Position numbers and translations under genes: made by a program. From a virus (lineage: Duplodnaviria; Heunggongvirae; Uroviricota; Caudoviricetes): a DNA stretch of 64,000 nucleotides. This document shows positions 35,283 through 45,151 of this stretch, one piece after another; position 1 is the first letter of the stretch, and each line of letters starts with the position of its first letter. The notes below the pieces were generated by a model, which saw nothing but the letters and a program-made list of their open reading frames with translations, ran no database searches and was not told the origin of the DNA. The stretch is taken from IMG/VR virus record IMGVR_UViG_3300044655_003531, positions 1-64,000 of that record, one strand, 5' to 3'.

Positions 35283-36086
35283 CTACCAGTTTTCTAGACT
35301 GGGGTAGTACGTATCGCTATCAATGAACTGGTAAAGAAATGCATTTTCTCTAATTCTTGCTTCCATGTTTCTAACTTTCTGGTGATGATCCGACATTGAC
35401 AGAAATTCCCGGGTTACCATGGGCCAAATGGTGTAATTGTGAATATTTGTTTCAGGTGATGTAACGAAATGGTCAAAATCTTTTATACCAACAACTGTGT
35501 CCCTCTTCTCGATATTCGCTTCTATCTTGTCAACAATGGTTCTTCTGAATATCCCAAAATTCAGGGTCGAGGCTGTGCCCAATGGTTTTGCTAGATGGTC
35601 TGTTAAGATCTCGATCCTGCCTATAAAATAGTGGTTCCCGATAAGACAATCCCAATCCTCAGGCAGGTCTTCAAAAGCTAAACGAATTTTATCCATAGCT
35701 CCTGCAACGAGATACGAATCATCTTCCATAATAATAATGGTTTCTTCATCCTTTAGATGCTCAGTCAGACAAGTTGAGAAGGAGGCAAAAATTCCATCTA
35801 CTGGGGATTTTTTTTCTAGGGCAGAAAATCTGGTGATCTGAAAATTGGCCAAAGAGTTCTGATTCAATTTCATGAAATTCTCCCATCTATCCTCTCTTCT
35901 GTCAAGGTTGATCACATAAACTGAAGTTGGGAATTGACAGGGATTTTTCTTGAATTCTTGGGAACTTAGACGGGAGTTTTGAATTTTTTGTAGATCCGAT
36001 AACCTGTTTTTATTGGACATGATTCTGAAATACCCTTTGGAGGGTCCTGAAGAAAGAGGATTGTCCATGCCTAATCCTCGGTCCAA
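35283..36086 (-). CDS. glycosyltransferase family 25 (LPS/glycan beta-1,4-galactosyltransferase-like)
   Basis: VINLDRREDRWENF and the DxD-like IMEDDSYL are typical of GT25. Confidence 0.55.
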   Translation of the reverse strand: MDRGLGMDNPLSSGPSKGYFRIMSNKNRLSDLQKIQNSRLSSQEFKKNPCQFPTSVYVINLDRREDRWENFMKLNQNSLANFQITRFSALEKKSPVDGIFASFSTCLTEHLKDEETIIIMEDDSYLVAGAMDKIRLAFEDLPEDWDCLIGNHYFIGRIEILTDHLAKPLGTASTLNFGIFRRTIVDKIEANIEKRDTVVGIKDFDHFVTSPETNIHNYTIWPMVTREFLSMSDHHQKVRNMEARIRENAFLYQFIDSDTYYPSLENW

Positions 36087-36472
36087 ATGTTCAGATCCAT
36101 GTCCTCGTAGAAATCGTCTTTCTCCTCAAATTGAATTTCCCATTCGTATTTATTTTTTTTCCATCCTTTGGAATAGAATGGAAAATTGTAAGTCCAAATG
36201 ATTTTAGAATGGTCTGCAAATTCGCACAGTTCTTTTTCCACCTTTGTGACACACTCAAAAAACTCCTCTGCATTGGACATCTCGATTTCACCTTCATCAA
36301 TGTAGATCTCCAATTTACCAGACTTACCAATAACAGAGGACTCGGAAACAGCTTCTTTCATCTCAGGGGGAATGTCTAATTTTTTCAATTTTTGTAAGAA
36401 CCTCGCCAAAGATTCGGGGTTGACCTGACAGGTACTGATCAGATCCAGATGATAAATTCCAGTTTCTTCCAC
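36071..36472 (-). CDS. hypothetical protein (133 aa)
   Basis: ORF. Confidence 0.4.
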   Translation of the reverse strand: MEETGIYHLDLISTCQVNPESLARFLQKLKKLDIPPEMKEAVSESSVIGKSGKLEIYIDEGEIEMSNAEEFFECVTKVEKELCEFADHSKIIWTYNFPFYSKGWKKNKYEWEIQFEEKDDFYEDMDLNIWTED

Positions 36473-36486
36473 TTGTTTATTTTTTT

Positions 36487-38022
36487 TTAAACTGAGGCAA
36501 CAAAAGTTATTTTCATGCCTTCGGAGGGATGAATCAGATAGGCTTGAAGAGCTCTATTGGATCCTTCAAACCCGTGTTGGTGATGCCATCTATCAGAACC
36601 AGACAGACTCGGCATTTGATAAACCTTCACCCCATTGAAGTCCTTCACCATCTCATGATGCAGGTGTCCAGTAAAGAAGAATCTGTGTTTGGTTCTGGAC
36701 CAAAAATCAGGAGCTTCTCTGGCCATAAGGTAAGGAAGCTCTGAAAGTTTGGTTCCGTCACCGTGCGTGAATCCCATGAGATTTTCACCGTATTCGTAGT
36801 ACTGACGGAATTTATGACATTTAATCACCTCTACATCTTCACAGCTCCTATAATAGGCTCCCAAATACTCCAAAAGAACATGAGAAAGTTTGAAGTCGTG
36901 ATTGCCCGCAGTTAATAAAATCTCAACGGGAGCCACCCCTCTCAGGATATCGATGAATTCTACCATCAGTTGCTGGCCCTCCACCATGATCTGGATAAAA
37001 GTACCATCGCAGTCCTGAGGTGTGCCTTTGGTCGTGGTTCCACCGAGGGTATCAACATGAAAAAAATCGGATCCTACAGGAATAATAATTTTCTCAATCT
37101 GATACTTAACAACATCGGACAAGATGGAGGCAGTTTTTCCGAGTAATAAATCCCGGGCCATTTGACGGTTGTATTCATCCCTCACCTCTCCTGACCAGGC
37201 ATATTTCCCGTAGTGCAGATCAAAGGGAGAAATAACGAGGGAATGAGGTTCTCCGGGAGGCAGGGTCAATTTAGGAACCTCGTACTGGGCAAAAACCTGG
37301 GATAATTTTTCGGCCAAAGGATTGATAACCAGACCCTTAAAAGCCCACCAATTTGAGGCTGCCTCTTTGATCATTTTTTCCTCTTGCCGGGTGTATTTCT
37401 GGAAGAATGAAAATTTTCTTTTTTGTAGAGCATCTGAAACCATCTCTTCCTCGTCTCGGACGAACATTTCTTCGTCGGTATAGGGTTCGGAGTCGTGGGT
37501 CCAGCCCAGAATAGATTTAAGGGCGGTAAATATGTTTCTAGGTATTTCGAAATTCCGACAGATTTCGTTGATGGTTTCTGCACTGCCGGTCAGAGAAGAA
37601 TAACGGGATTTCATGTCCCTAATGATGGTGCCGGTAAATCGATAGGCTTTGTTCTTGATGTACACTATATAGAGATCTTTTGCCTCATCATAGTAGTAGT
37701 TGGTGTTGTGCTTGTATTTTTTGTAGGCAGACCGGGCTATTTTTTCCTCCTCTTTGTCGATTTCTAATTCCATAGAAGGAGGAATTTCCTCCTGCCTGAA
37801 TTTTTCCTCGATCGATTGTCTTAGAACATCTTCCGGTAATTCTTCTGACAGCTTGGCAGAGATTGCTCTTCTAAAAGAATCAATGGCCGAAGTGCCCAGA
37901 TTTAGAAATTTTTCGGAAACCAATTTTTTGGCTATCTCAGTATGAGAAAAACCTTGACCGTGTAAAGACCAGATTTCCTCTGAGAATTTTTCGGCTAGGT
38001 CCTTGAGTGAAATTTGACTCAT
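36487..38022 (-). CDS. two-domain protein with C-terminal calcineurin-like metallophosphoesterase domain
   Basis: SDFFHVDTLGG, LTAGNHDF, GFTHGDG, FFFTGHLHHE in MPE order. N-terminal ~250 aa unknown. Confidence 0.55.
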   Translation of the reverse strand: MSQISLKDLAEKFSEEIWSLHGQGFSHTEIAKKLVSEKFLNLGTSAIDSFRRAISAKLSEELPEDVLRQSIEEKFRQEEIPPSMELEIDKEEEKIARSAYKKYKHNTNYYYDEAKDLYIVYIKNKAYRFTGTIIRDMKSRYSSLTGSAETINEICRNFEIPRNIFTALKSILGWTHDSEPYTDEEMFVRDEEEMVSDALQKRKFSFFQKYTRQEEKMIKEAASNWWAFKGLVINPLAEKLSQVFAQYEVPKLTLPPGEPHSLVISPFDLHYGKYAWSGEVRDEYNRQMARDLLLGKTASILSDVVKYQIEKIIIPVGSDFFHVDTLGGTTTKGTPQDCDGTFIQIMVEGQQLMVEFIDILRGVAPVEILLTAGNHDFKLSHVLLEYLGAYYRSCEDVEVIKCHKFRQYYEYGENLMGFTHGDGTKLSELPYLMAREAPDFWSRTKHRFFFTGHLHHEMVKDFNGVKVYQMPSLSGSDRWHHQHGFEGSNRALQAYLIHPSEGMKITFVASV

Positions 38023-38076
38023 GAATAAATTTTTTTACTGTAGTGTAAATCTTAAAACTGTTTCTATCCCGGCTAA

Positions 38077-38349
38077 TTATTTCTCGGTTTTTGATTCTTT
38101 GGTCAAGGTTAAAATTTGACTGAGTAGAATATCTTTCTCCAGCTTGGCGAAAAAGTTTGTGATGTACTGACATTTTTCATACTCCTCTGTCGACTCATAG
38201 TATCTCAACAAACTAGCTTTAATGTCTTCTCTCTTTTCGAGAAGATGAGGATGGTTAATGGCGCTGCTGCCCATTTTTTCCATTCTAGATAAGGCTTTTT
38301 CGTACACCTTACGCTCTATCCTCGGTTCGGTTTTCAAATTCTGAATCAT
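38077..38349 (-). CDS. small helical protein with E-E-Y-E-K-C motif (90 aa)
   Basis: STEEYEKCQYITNFF. Related to 38309..38551 and 62889..63140. Confidence 0.45.
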   Translation of the reverse strand: MIQNLKTEPRIERKVYEKALSRMEKMGSSAINHPHLLEKREDIKASLLRYYESTEEYEKCQYITNFFAKLEKDILLSQILTLTKESKTEK

Positions 38350-38551
38350 TTTTTTTCAGTTTAGACTGGGTGCGCTCTACTGGGTGGATCTGATGAAGAT
38401 CCATACATTTTTCATATTCCTCGAAATCTTCTAAAACTTTAATACATTCTTCCCGCTGGGAAAAGGCAAGACTTTTCTCGCCAAATTTTACGATGTCACT
38501 ATAGACTTCTAAAGCCCTATTCAATCGGTCTATATTCTGATGATTTTTCAT
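38309..38551 (-). CDS. small helical protein with E-E-Y-E-K-C motif (80 aa)
   Basis: DFEEYEKCMDLHQI. Confidence 0.45.
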   Translation of the reverse strand: MKNHQNIDRLNRALEVYSDIVKFGEKSLAFSQREECIKVLEDFEEYEKCMDLHQIHPVERTQSKLKKNDSEFENRTEDRA

Positions 38552-38646
38552 TTCTGATTCAGAAGTATATATGTTTTGACCAGAATGAATTTTCTGAGTT
38601 TAAAGTGCAAAAGACAATTTACAGCAATCTTTCTTGCCAGAATTTT

Positions 38647-38910
38647 TTAGGTCAGAAATTGAAAGCTATCCGGCGATTTTTGAAAGGGCACTCCAAAAGA
38701 GCCTGGAGCATTATATTCCACCAGTAACTCCACTTTCCCTTCATTATTTTTAAGTACATTCAATACCTTGACAGTTTTTTGGGAAGATTTCTCTCTTAAG
38801 ATGTCACCCTTTTCTATTCTCATATCGTTCAAGTAGTGTGAACTGATTAGTCTAAATCCTGAGTTTTCCATTTTTTTAGAAGTTGTAAAGTTTTTTTTAT
38901 TTGCCCACAC
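38647..38910 (-). CDS. hypothetical protein (87 aa)
   Basis: ORF. Confidence 0.4.
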   Translation of the reverse strand: MWANKKNFTTSKKMENSGFRLISSHYLNDMRIEKGDILREKSSQKTVKVLNVLKNNEGKVELLVEYNAPGSFGVPFQKSPDSFQFLT

Positions 38911-39158
38911 GCCTCGTAATTTTCAGTCCTTTCGTTCCAGAGTTGGCAGTTGACAAGGAATTTTTCATAGTCTTTTTTCTCAATGATTACGGAATAGCTG
39001 GGACCATCCGTGTTGAAATCTTGACCCATCGTAAAAAGAACTGCGAAATTATACCTTTGTTCTACAGCTTCGGTAATCTTTTCACGGAAGAGTTCCCAAA
39101 ATCTGTCTTTATCTTTGAACTGAAGTGCTTCTTTGAACGGCGGGTGGGAATCGTACAT
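38847..39158 (-). CDS. hypothetical protein (103 aa)
   Basis: ORF. Confidence 0.4.
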   Translation of the reverse strand: MYDSHPPFKEALQFKDKDRFWELFREKITEAVEQRYNFAVLFTMGQDFNTDGPSYSVIIEKKDYEKFLVNCQLWNERTENYEACGQIKKTLQLLKKWKTQDLD

Positions 39159-39167
39159 GAATTTAGT

Positions 39168-40220
39168 TTATTCTAATTCCTCGAGAGAGTTGGAGAGATA
39201 TTTGGTGATTTTATAAGGATCCGCATTTGATCCTGGTCTCCTGTCTTCAAGATAACCCAACCACTTATCAGAGGTAGAAATGGGTATTCTGATTGATGCT
39301 CCTCTATCACTTACACCCCAACTGAATTTCGAAATGCTTTGGGTTTCGTGCTTGCCGGTAAGTCTCAGATGATTGTCCGATCCATAGAGGGAAATAGCAA
39401 CATCGTGGGTTTTTTCCAGCACTTGACAAATGCTGTTAAAAAATTCTTCCCCTCCTGTTTCTCTCATTCTATTATTTGAAAAATTGGTGTGCATTCCTGA
39501 TCCGTTCCAATCTTCCTCTGCTCCCATGGGCTTGGGGTGAAAGTCAACTTTGATCTGGTAATTTTCTGCAATTCTCATGAGCAAAAATCTAGATATCCAA
39601 AGATCATCTGCGGCCGTCTGTTCTCCCTGGCCAAAAACCTGATATTCCCACTGACCGAGCATCACTTCGGCATTGGTGCCTGTGATCTGAATGCCACAAG
39701 AAAGACAGGCATCCAAATGTTCCTCTGAAATATTTCTGCCAGCGGAATAAGGATGACCGACTGAACAATAATACTTGCCCTGAGACTCGGGTGGGTTGAA
39801 ATTTTCAAATCCTACCGGCCGATTACTATTTTTATTGAACCACCTGAGCACATACTCTTGCTCAAACCCAAACCAAAGAGCATGAGAATCCTTTCCGATC
39901 AAGGCTCTAGTATTGGAAGAATGTGGGGTGCGGTCTGGATTTAGAACCTCACACATTACGAGATAGCAAAAGCCCATTCTGAGAGGATCTGCATAAACCC
40001 TCACTGGTTTTAGAATCAAATCTGAGAAATTACCTTCAGCCTGCCGGGTGGAACTTCCATCAAAAGACCATTCTGGAAGTTCTTCTGGTCTAGGTTTTGC
40101 GTGTTGGGGCGAAAGAGTGTTCAGATTTGACGGGGTATAATCGAAAATCTTTACTTTTGATCTCAAATTTGGTTCGGGTTGATATCCATCTAACCAAACA
40201 TACTCCAATTTTAATTTCAT
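39168..40220 (-). CDS. glnII: glutamine synthetase type II (eukaryote-like GSII)
   Basis: ELPEWSFDGSSTRQAEGNFSD, WFGFEQEY, GTNAEVMLGQWEYQ, NGSGMHTNFS, SIRIP, EDRRPGSNADPY all match GSII blocks. Length about 350 aa, typical of GSII. Confidence 0.85.
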   Translation of the reverse strand: MKLKLEYVWLDGYQPEPNLRSKVKIFDYTPSNLNTLSPQHAKPRPEELPEWSFDGSSTRQAEGNFSDLILKPVRVYADPLRMGFCYLVMCEVLNPDRTPHSSNTRALIGKDSHALWFGFEQEYVLRWFNKNSNRPVGFENFNPPESQGKYYCSVGHPYSAGRNISEEHLDACLSCGIQITGTNAEVMLGQWEYQVFGQGEQTAADDLWISRFLLMRIAENYQIKVDFHPKPMGAEEDWNGSGMHTNFSNNRMRETGGEEFFNSICQVLEKTHDVAISLYGSDNHLRLTGKHETQSISKFSWGVSDRGASIRIPISTSDKWLGYLEDRRPGSNADPYKITKYLSNSLEELE

Positions 40221-40312
40221 GTTAAATTTGTTTTAATGAACTCCTGTTTATAGCCCAAAAATTCAAAAAATTTCAATTTTTCAAGGGTATTGAAAGAAAT
40301 TGTAAAGAAAAA

Positions 40313-40498
40313 TTATTTAGATTGGAGGCTCGAGAAAGTCTTTTTGAACTCTTCAAACTTCATGAGCTTACCAACCGTGGCCTGCTTCATACCCAGAGAG
40401 CCAACTTTCGAACTGTAAGCCCTTTGATCGTACCACTTGACGAAATTATCGTCGGTGGTGTGTTTAGGGTCTGGAGCAACTGTTTGTGGATTTGACAT
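40313..40498 (-). CDS. hypothetical protein (61 aa)
   Basis: ORF. Confidence 0.35.
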   Translation of the reverse strand: MSNPQTVAPDPKHTTDDNFVKWYDQRAYSSKVGSLGMKQATVGKLMKFEEFKKTFSSLQSK

Positions 40499-40507
40499 GG
40501 TGTTTTT

Positions 40508-40909
40508 TTAATTTGTATCAGATAGGAAAAAGATTTTTGCTAAAATCCCAACCAAAGTGGTGAAAAAGATCCACATAGCTTTGGTGATCCCCCCTTTCCA
40601 CTTCATGAGGTCAGAGTGTTCTAGTAAGAGGTTCCGGTATTCAACCTCATCTTTCTCCTTCTGTCTCTGTTGTTCTAGTCTGAATTTGGTGTTTTCGTTT
40701 ACTTTGACGATCACACCATCATCTGGATCCAGAAGTTTTTTCTTTAGCTCCGAGAGATCTTTTTTCATTTCAGACTGAGCTGCTTTGAGTTCCTCCATGC
40801 TGATCTGGATGATCCTTAGATCGTGGCCTGGAGATCTTTCCCTCATAGAGTTTAATTCATCCTGTAAAACCTCCCTGATGATCTCTGAAATCGGTTTTTG
40901 AGTTTCCAT
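40508..40909 (-). CDS. coiled-coil protein with C-terminal TM anchor (133 aa)
   Basis: C-terminal MWIFFTTLVGILAKIFF helix. Confidence 0.4.
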   Translation of the reverse strand: METQKPISEIIREVLQDELNSMRERSPGHDLRIIQISMEELKAAQSEMKKDLSELKKKLLDPDDGVIVKVNENTKFRLEQQRQKEKDEVEYRNLLLEHSDLMKWKGGITKAMWIFFTTLVGILAKIFFLSDTN

Positions 40910-40944
40910 AACTGAGATTATATATCTGCATCAGGACTCATTTT

Positions 40945-41151
40945 TTACTGGATTTCCTTGTTCCAGTGAACTTTTATGTCGGGAATTAGAATAAAATCAT
41001 CAACGTAGATAGGTAGACTTTCTAGTAAAAAAAAACTATAAAATCCTTCTTCATCAAATTTGTTTTCTAAGATTTCAACCTTATGAAGATTAATAAGGGA
41101 ACAAACTTCCAGATGTGTTCTGGGCGAGGTGGTAAGAATCTTAATCTTCAA
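40945..41151 (-). CDS. hypothetical protein (68 aa)
   Basis: ORF. Confidence 0.35.
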   Translation of the reverse strand: MKIKILTTSPRTHLEVCSLINLHKVEILENKFDEEGFYSFFLLESLPIYVDDFILIPDIKVHWNKEIQ

Positions 41152-41422
41152 CTTCTGGCTCTCCTAAAATTGATTTTGTAACGGGATCAATGGACATGAT
41201 AAAGTATTCGGAGGTGGATTTTTTTTCAACCACAACTTGAACGGGACTGGTACTACCCCGAAGACAGTATTTTTCACCTTCCAATAGAAATTCTTGATCT
41301 AAGTGTTCTGGCAAGAGTTTGGATCTTCGAATCCACTTGTTTTGATTTCTGACGTATTGTTCCTGATAATGTTTCATCAGAGAATCCTCTGGCTTTCTGA
41401 TTCTTTTAGGGGGGATTTGCAT
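41141..41422 (-). CDS. hypothetical protein (93 aa)
   Basis: ORF. Confidence 0.35.
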   Translation of the reverse strand: MQIPPKRIRKPEDSLMKHYQEQYVRNQNKWIRRSKLLPEHLDQEFLLEGEKYCLRGSTSPVQVVVEKKSTSEYFIMSIDPVTKSILGEPEVED

Positions 41423-41433
41423 GCTGTTTATTT

Positions 41434-42168
41434 TTAAAATTTTTCGGACGATAATTTCATGCTCATTAGGTCATCTAAAATAGGACCCATAAGGTAATAC
41501 TCTGCTGAAGGTTGGCCCTTATCACAAACTCCAGGCTGGGAATACCAGTGGACGTTATAGTGATAATGATTGTGAACTTTGCTGCTCATTCTTTTAGACC
41601 CTTCAACCTCGTTTGTCCAGGGATCTTCTCCATCAACAATGTTTTGGATTAAGTACTCTCTATTCCAGATAGTTGCATTATGAGAGTGGAGATAATTTTC
41701 TCCTTGACTGTGCTTCATGATCCTAACCTTGTTAATGACGTAAGGGGTAGGATCTAGGCGGTAGGCATCGTAATAGTGTAATTTGGTGTGAATCTTGATG
41801 GATTCCGCCTTTTGGACTTCTGCGAACAGCAAAAGTTGTTCTAAAACGGGATAGGGAAAAGAAGATTTTAGCCACATATCTTCCTGGAGATAAATGATCC
41901 ATTTTGAGGTAATTTCGGATAAGGTTTTTTTCATTCTGGTGGAAAATCCATTTTTATCCGTCTTTCCGGTCAAAATGCTTTGCATCGCGGAGTTAGGCTT
42001 GAAGAGGTGACCCCTGCACGAAAGTTCAAAATCCTTGACATTCCGTTCTTCGGATGCCCAATAAACAGGGATTTTTTCAAAATCCCAGTACAGGTCTAAG
42101 GAATACAACATACCAAACCAAAACTGATGGTACGAATCACACGTGTGAACAACCAAAGAAAGATCCAT
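41434..42168 (-). CDS. hypothetical protein of glycan cluster (244 aa)
   Basis: ORF at the edge of the sugar-modification cluster. Confidence 0.45.
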   Translation of the reverse strand: MDLSLVVHTCDSYHQFWFGMLYSLDLYWDFEKIPVYWASEERNVKDFELSCRGHLFKPNSAMQSILTGKTDKNGFSTRMKKTLSEITSKWIIYLQEDMWLKSSFPYPVLEQLLLFAEVQKAESIKIHTKLHYYDAYRLDPTPYVINKVRIMKHSQGENYLHSHNATIWNREYLIQNIVDGEDPWTNEVEGSKRMSSKVHNHYHYNVHWYSQPGVCDKGQPSAEYYLMGPILDDLMSMKLSSEKF

Positions 42169-42169
42169 G

Positions 42170-43171
42170 TTATAAAGTGTTAAAATAATTAGATTGCTGG
42201 AGATGTTTCAAATAATCTAAAATTTTCAGAAATTCTTCCGGTCTTTTCTCGCCGTGGAGAACCTTGATGTCCCTTTTAGAAGGAGGAATTCTATAAAAAT
42301 TAAGAGAATAGTCCTTATTTTCCTCCGACATCCAGGTGGAAAATCCTGGATGTCCCTCTTCATAAAAATGACAAACCGTGTTGATCCCATCTCTTAAATT
42401 TATATAGCATAGTGGAAATCCTTCGTTGGTTTTTTTCCACGATAAAACGTTGTAGATTGTCTCTTCGTGAAAAGCGGCAACCCTAGATAAACTAATTTTC
42501 AATTTGGGAAGCAGAAAACAGAATTCCCTCCATGTTTTAACAAAATTCAAACAAGATGAATTACAGAGTATAACGTTGGTTGTTCTGTAGGTTCCCCTAG
42601 ATTCCGCAGGCATTTCTAAAAATTGCATTAAAGGCCATTCTAGGGTTTTGGTTAAATCGGCCTTTGGCCAGCACCCTTCAAATGGATTTCCTCTTTCAAA
42701 CCCATTTGGCTCGACTATGATCATATATTGATGAATGCCCTCCGTGCAAACTGGGTAGTCTTTTACGATGGGCATCCAATCGAACATTTCGTCGATTATA
42801 GGAGAAGCTATACAATCCGAATCTAAGTAGCAGAGCTCTTCGAAACCTTCTTCTAAAGCCAGCTGCATAGCCATAGTCTTAGCACATAAAATTTTATAAA
42901 TTTTTGGATTTTCTCTGGTAACGTAAAAATTACCATTAGCTTGATGAGTAAAATTATCTAGGTAGTCTTCATCCAGTTCTAGATCTAAATTTCTAAAGAT
43001 AACTTTTTCCAGTCCTTTAAAGAAAAGGGACGCATCAGGAGAGCAATTTACACCGCAAACAATAATAGGAAATTTAGAGAAGAGTTCTATACTTGTAGCT
43101 AAATTTTTGGCTATGTCTAGATAATTTTCAGTGGCATGTGTAATAAAAGCTCTTTTCATACAAATTCCCAT
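42170..43171 (-). CDS. putative GT-A-type glycosyltransferase (DxD)
   Basis: CYLDSDCIA DxD-like motif. Context only. Confidence 0.35.
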   Translation of the reverse strand: MGICMKRAFITHATENYLDIAKNLATSIELFSKFPIIVCGVNCSPDASLFFKGLEKVIFRNLDLELDEDYLDNFTHQANGNFYVTRENPKIYKILCAKTMAMQLALEEGFEELCYLDSDCIASPIIDEMFDWMPIVKDYPVCTEGIHQYMIIVEPNGFERGNPFEGCWPKADLTKTLEWPLMQFLEMPAESRGTYRTTNVILCNSSCLNFVKTWREFCFLLPKLKISLSRVAAFHEETIYNVLSWKKTNEGFPLCYINLRDGINTVCHFYEEGHPGFSTWMSEENKDYSLNFYRIPPSKRDIKVLHGEKRPEEFLKILDYLKHLQQSNYFNTL

Positions 43172-44082
43172 CCTCCTCCTGGAAACTTTTCGGCTTGATC
43201 CAAAACGTCAAAAATTTTACCATTTCTCCAAAACTCGAATTTTTGTAAACTAGGATCAATCTCAAATTGTTGGAACTCTGATATTGTCATCTTTTGGATA
43301 TCGTTATCCTTTCTTATAAAGATTTCCAAGGGTTGTTTCACATCGTAAACCAAACAGTGTTGGGGATCTGCGGTGCCAACATTTTTGGAGAAATAAATTT
43401 TGAATTCCTGCCAGGGAGAATAATTGTAAAAATCTTCGTGCCAATTACGAAAAGTGTAAATATGATCTTCGATAATAAAATCCCTGTTAATTGAAACATT
43501 AATTTTTTGGGCAAGATCTGCCCAAAAGTGTTCCGCACAATCAAACTCCAAACATCTTTCCCAAATAAATTCAGATTCTAGATTTTCTAATTTTGATTGT
43601 GAGACGGAAAAAAATTGGGAAGCACAATCATTAATTAATTTTTTTCCATTTTCGGTTGTTCTAAAAGCAAAAAAAGATTCTTGGTTTTTGTATTTGATGA
43701 AATTTAAAATTTGATTATCGATGACCAAATCATATAGCATAAAATAATTCATGTCATAATTTAGAATCCTTGCAAGTTGAACTAATTTCAGAACCTGAGA
43801 AAACCCAGCAAAACGGTTATTTCTCCAAAATCTGTAAAATTTAATTTTTTTCGCTCCAAAAAATTCTTCTTTCCAAAAAAGGTTAGAAGAATCCTCTTTT
43901 AATGGGTTATTTGGGTTGAAAAAATAAAAATCAACTAAGTTTAGAATGTCTCTTTCCAGATGAATAGACGAATAAAGCAAAATAGATGTGTCTATTTGCC
44001 TTAAAAGTTCCAAATTAATTTTTAGAACTTTTCTTTTTTCTTCTGAATCACAATGAGAACTAATTAAAACTAATTTTTTCAT
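43156..44082 (-). CDS. hypothetical protein, member of three-paralog family in glycan cluster (308 aa)
   Basis: N-terminal KKLVLISSHCDSEEKRKVLKINLELLRQIDTSILLYSS pattern shared with 47091..48212 and 53295..54275. Confidence 0.45.
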   Translation of the reverse strand: MKKLVLISSHCDSEEKRKVLKINLELLRQIDTSILLYSSIHLERDILNLVDFYFFNPNNPLKEDSSNLFWKEEFFGAKKIKFYRFWRNNRFAGFSQVLKLVQLARILNYDMNYFMLYDLVIDNQILNFIKYKNQESFFAFRTTENGKKLINDCASQFFSVSQSKLENLESEFIWERCLEFDCAEHFWADLAQKINVSINRDFIIEDHIYTFRNWHEDFYNYSPWQEFKIYFSKNVGTADPQHCLVYDVKQPLEIFIRKDNDIQKMTISEFQQFEIDPSLQKFEFWRNGKIFDVLDQAEKFPGGGWEFV

Positions 44083-44089
44083 AATTCTT

Positions 44090-44731
44090 TTAAAAATTAA
44101 TTTTTTTTAAATATCCATTTGGATTAAAAGTGACATTGTAACCATAAAAATCACACCATTTTCTATCTATTTCGAATTGTGGATTTTGTGGTAAAAATTC
44201 TTCTATCGCTCTAAGAGGACCTCCGTCATAGTTTTTTTCGATGCCCATCCAATTCACAGTTCCGTCTTCAACGATCATATAGGAATCTTCGCTGATTAAA
44301 TCTTTGAATTTATTCATCACAGACAAAACATCGTTATAGTTGTGTGACCCATCTTCAATCAACATAATTTTTTTAAATGAGGATGCATAATCCAAGTTGT
44401 ATTCTTGATAACCTCCCAAGAATCTCTGAATTCTTGGATGTCGATTAATCAAACCCCTCTTTTCTTCGGAATTTGATAAAAAAGTTTCATCCTGAATATC
44501 CACAGTATGAACCATACCTTTACCTATATTATTTAAAATATCACCCAAATACAGACACGATCCTCCATAATTAGTCCCTATTTCTATTATCAAATCGGGT
44601 CTTATTTCATTAATTATCATTTGATACATTACGTAATCAAATGGGGATTTTTCAGTTATAATTCCTCTATATAAAGTTTTTAGATGTCCATCCATGATAC
44701 CATCTAAATTTAAGTTGTATGAATTGTTCAT
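44090..44731 (-). CDS. class I SAM-dependent methyltransferase (CmcI/TylF-like O-methyltransferase)
   Basis: IIEIGTNYGGSCLYLG motif I. Size and pattern typical of CmcI-family sugar O-MTases. Confidence 0.55.
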   Translation of the reverse strand: MNNSYNLNLDGIMDGHLKTLYRGIITEKSPFDYVMYQMIINEIRPDLIIEIGTNYGGSCLYLGDILNNIGKGMVHTVDIQDETFLSNSEEKRGLINRHPRIQRFLGGYQEYNLDYASSFKKIMLIEDGSHNYNDVLSVMNKFKDLISEDSYMIVEDGTVNWMGIEKNYDGGPLRAIEEFLPQNPQFEIDRKWCDFYGYNVTFNPNGYLKKINF

Positions 44732-44741
44732 TTTTTTTATT

Positions 44742-45146
44742 TTAAAGATCCACTCTCATAGTATTGCACTCCCTGAAAAATCCACATCTTTCATAGAAAT
44801 TAATTCTCTCATCGAAACAGGATAGAATAACCTTATAACATCCAAGATCCCTGGCTTTTTCCAAAGCTTTTTGAACCAATAAAAAACCAATTTTATTACC
44901 TCTAAATTTTTCTTTCACCGCCACATCTTCAATGAATCCTGCTAACCCGCCATTTCGGATTAATTTTCTTTGGAGATGGAGTGTAATTGTTCCTATGATT
45001 TCTTGTTCTTCAACCGCAACAAAATTGTAATTATTTGTCATCCATTCAGATAAAACGTTTTCTTGTATTTCTGTGATGTACCAGGTCTCCTTCAAGATTT
45101 CCAGTAATCCAGCTTCATCTCCCTTCTGAAATTCGCGAATGGTCAT
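44742..45146 (-). CDS. GNAT N-acetyltransferase
   Basis: IGTITLHLQ...GFIEDVAVKEKFRGNKIGFLLV (Q/R-x-x-G-x-G/A motif A). Confidence 0.65.
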   Translation of the reverse strand: MTIREFQKGDEAGLLEILKETWYITEIQENVLSEWMTNNYNFVAVEEQEIIGTITLHLQRKLIRNGGLAGFIEDVAVKEKFRGNKIGFLLVQKALEKARDLGCYKVILSCFDERINFYERCGFFRECNTMRVDL

Positions 45147-45151
45147 AAATG

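Noticed and set aside
35260-35296. Possible hairpin terminator ctaccagt...actggggtag after the GT25 gene
   Set aside because: The stem is imperfect, overlaps the gene's stop codon and is not followed by a T-run on the transcribed strand.
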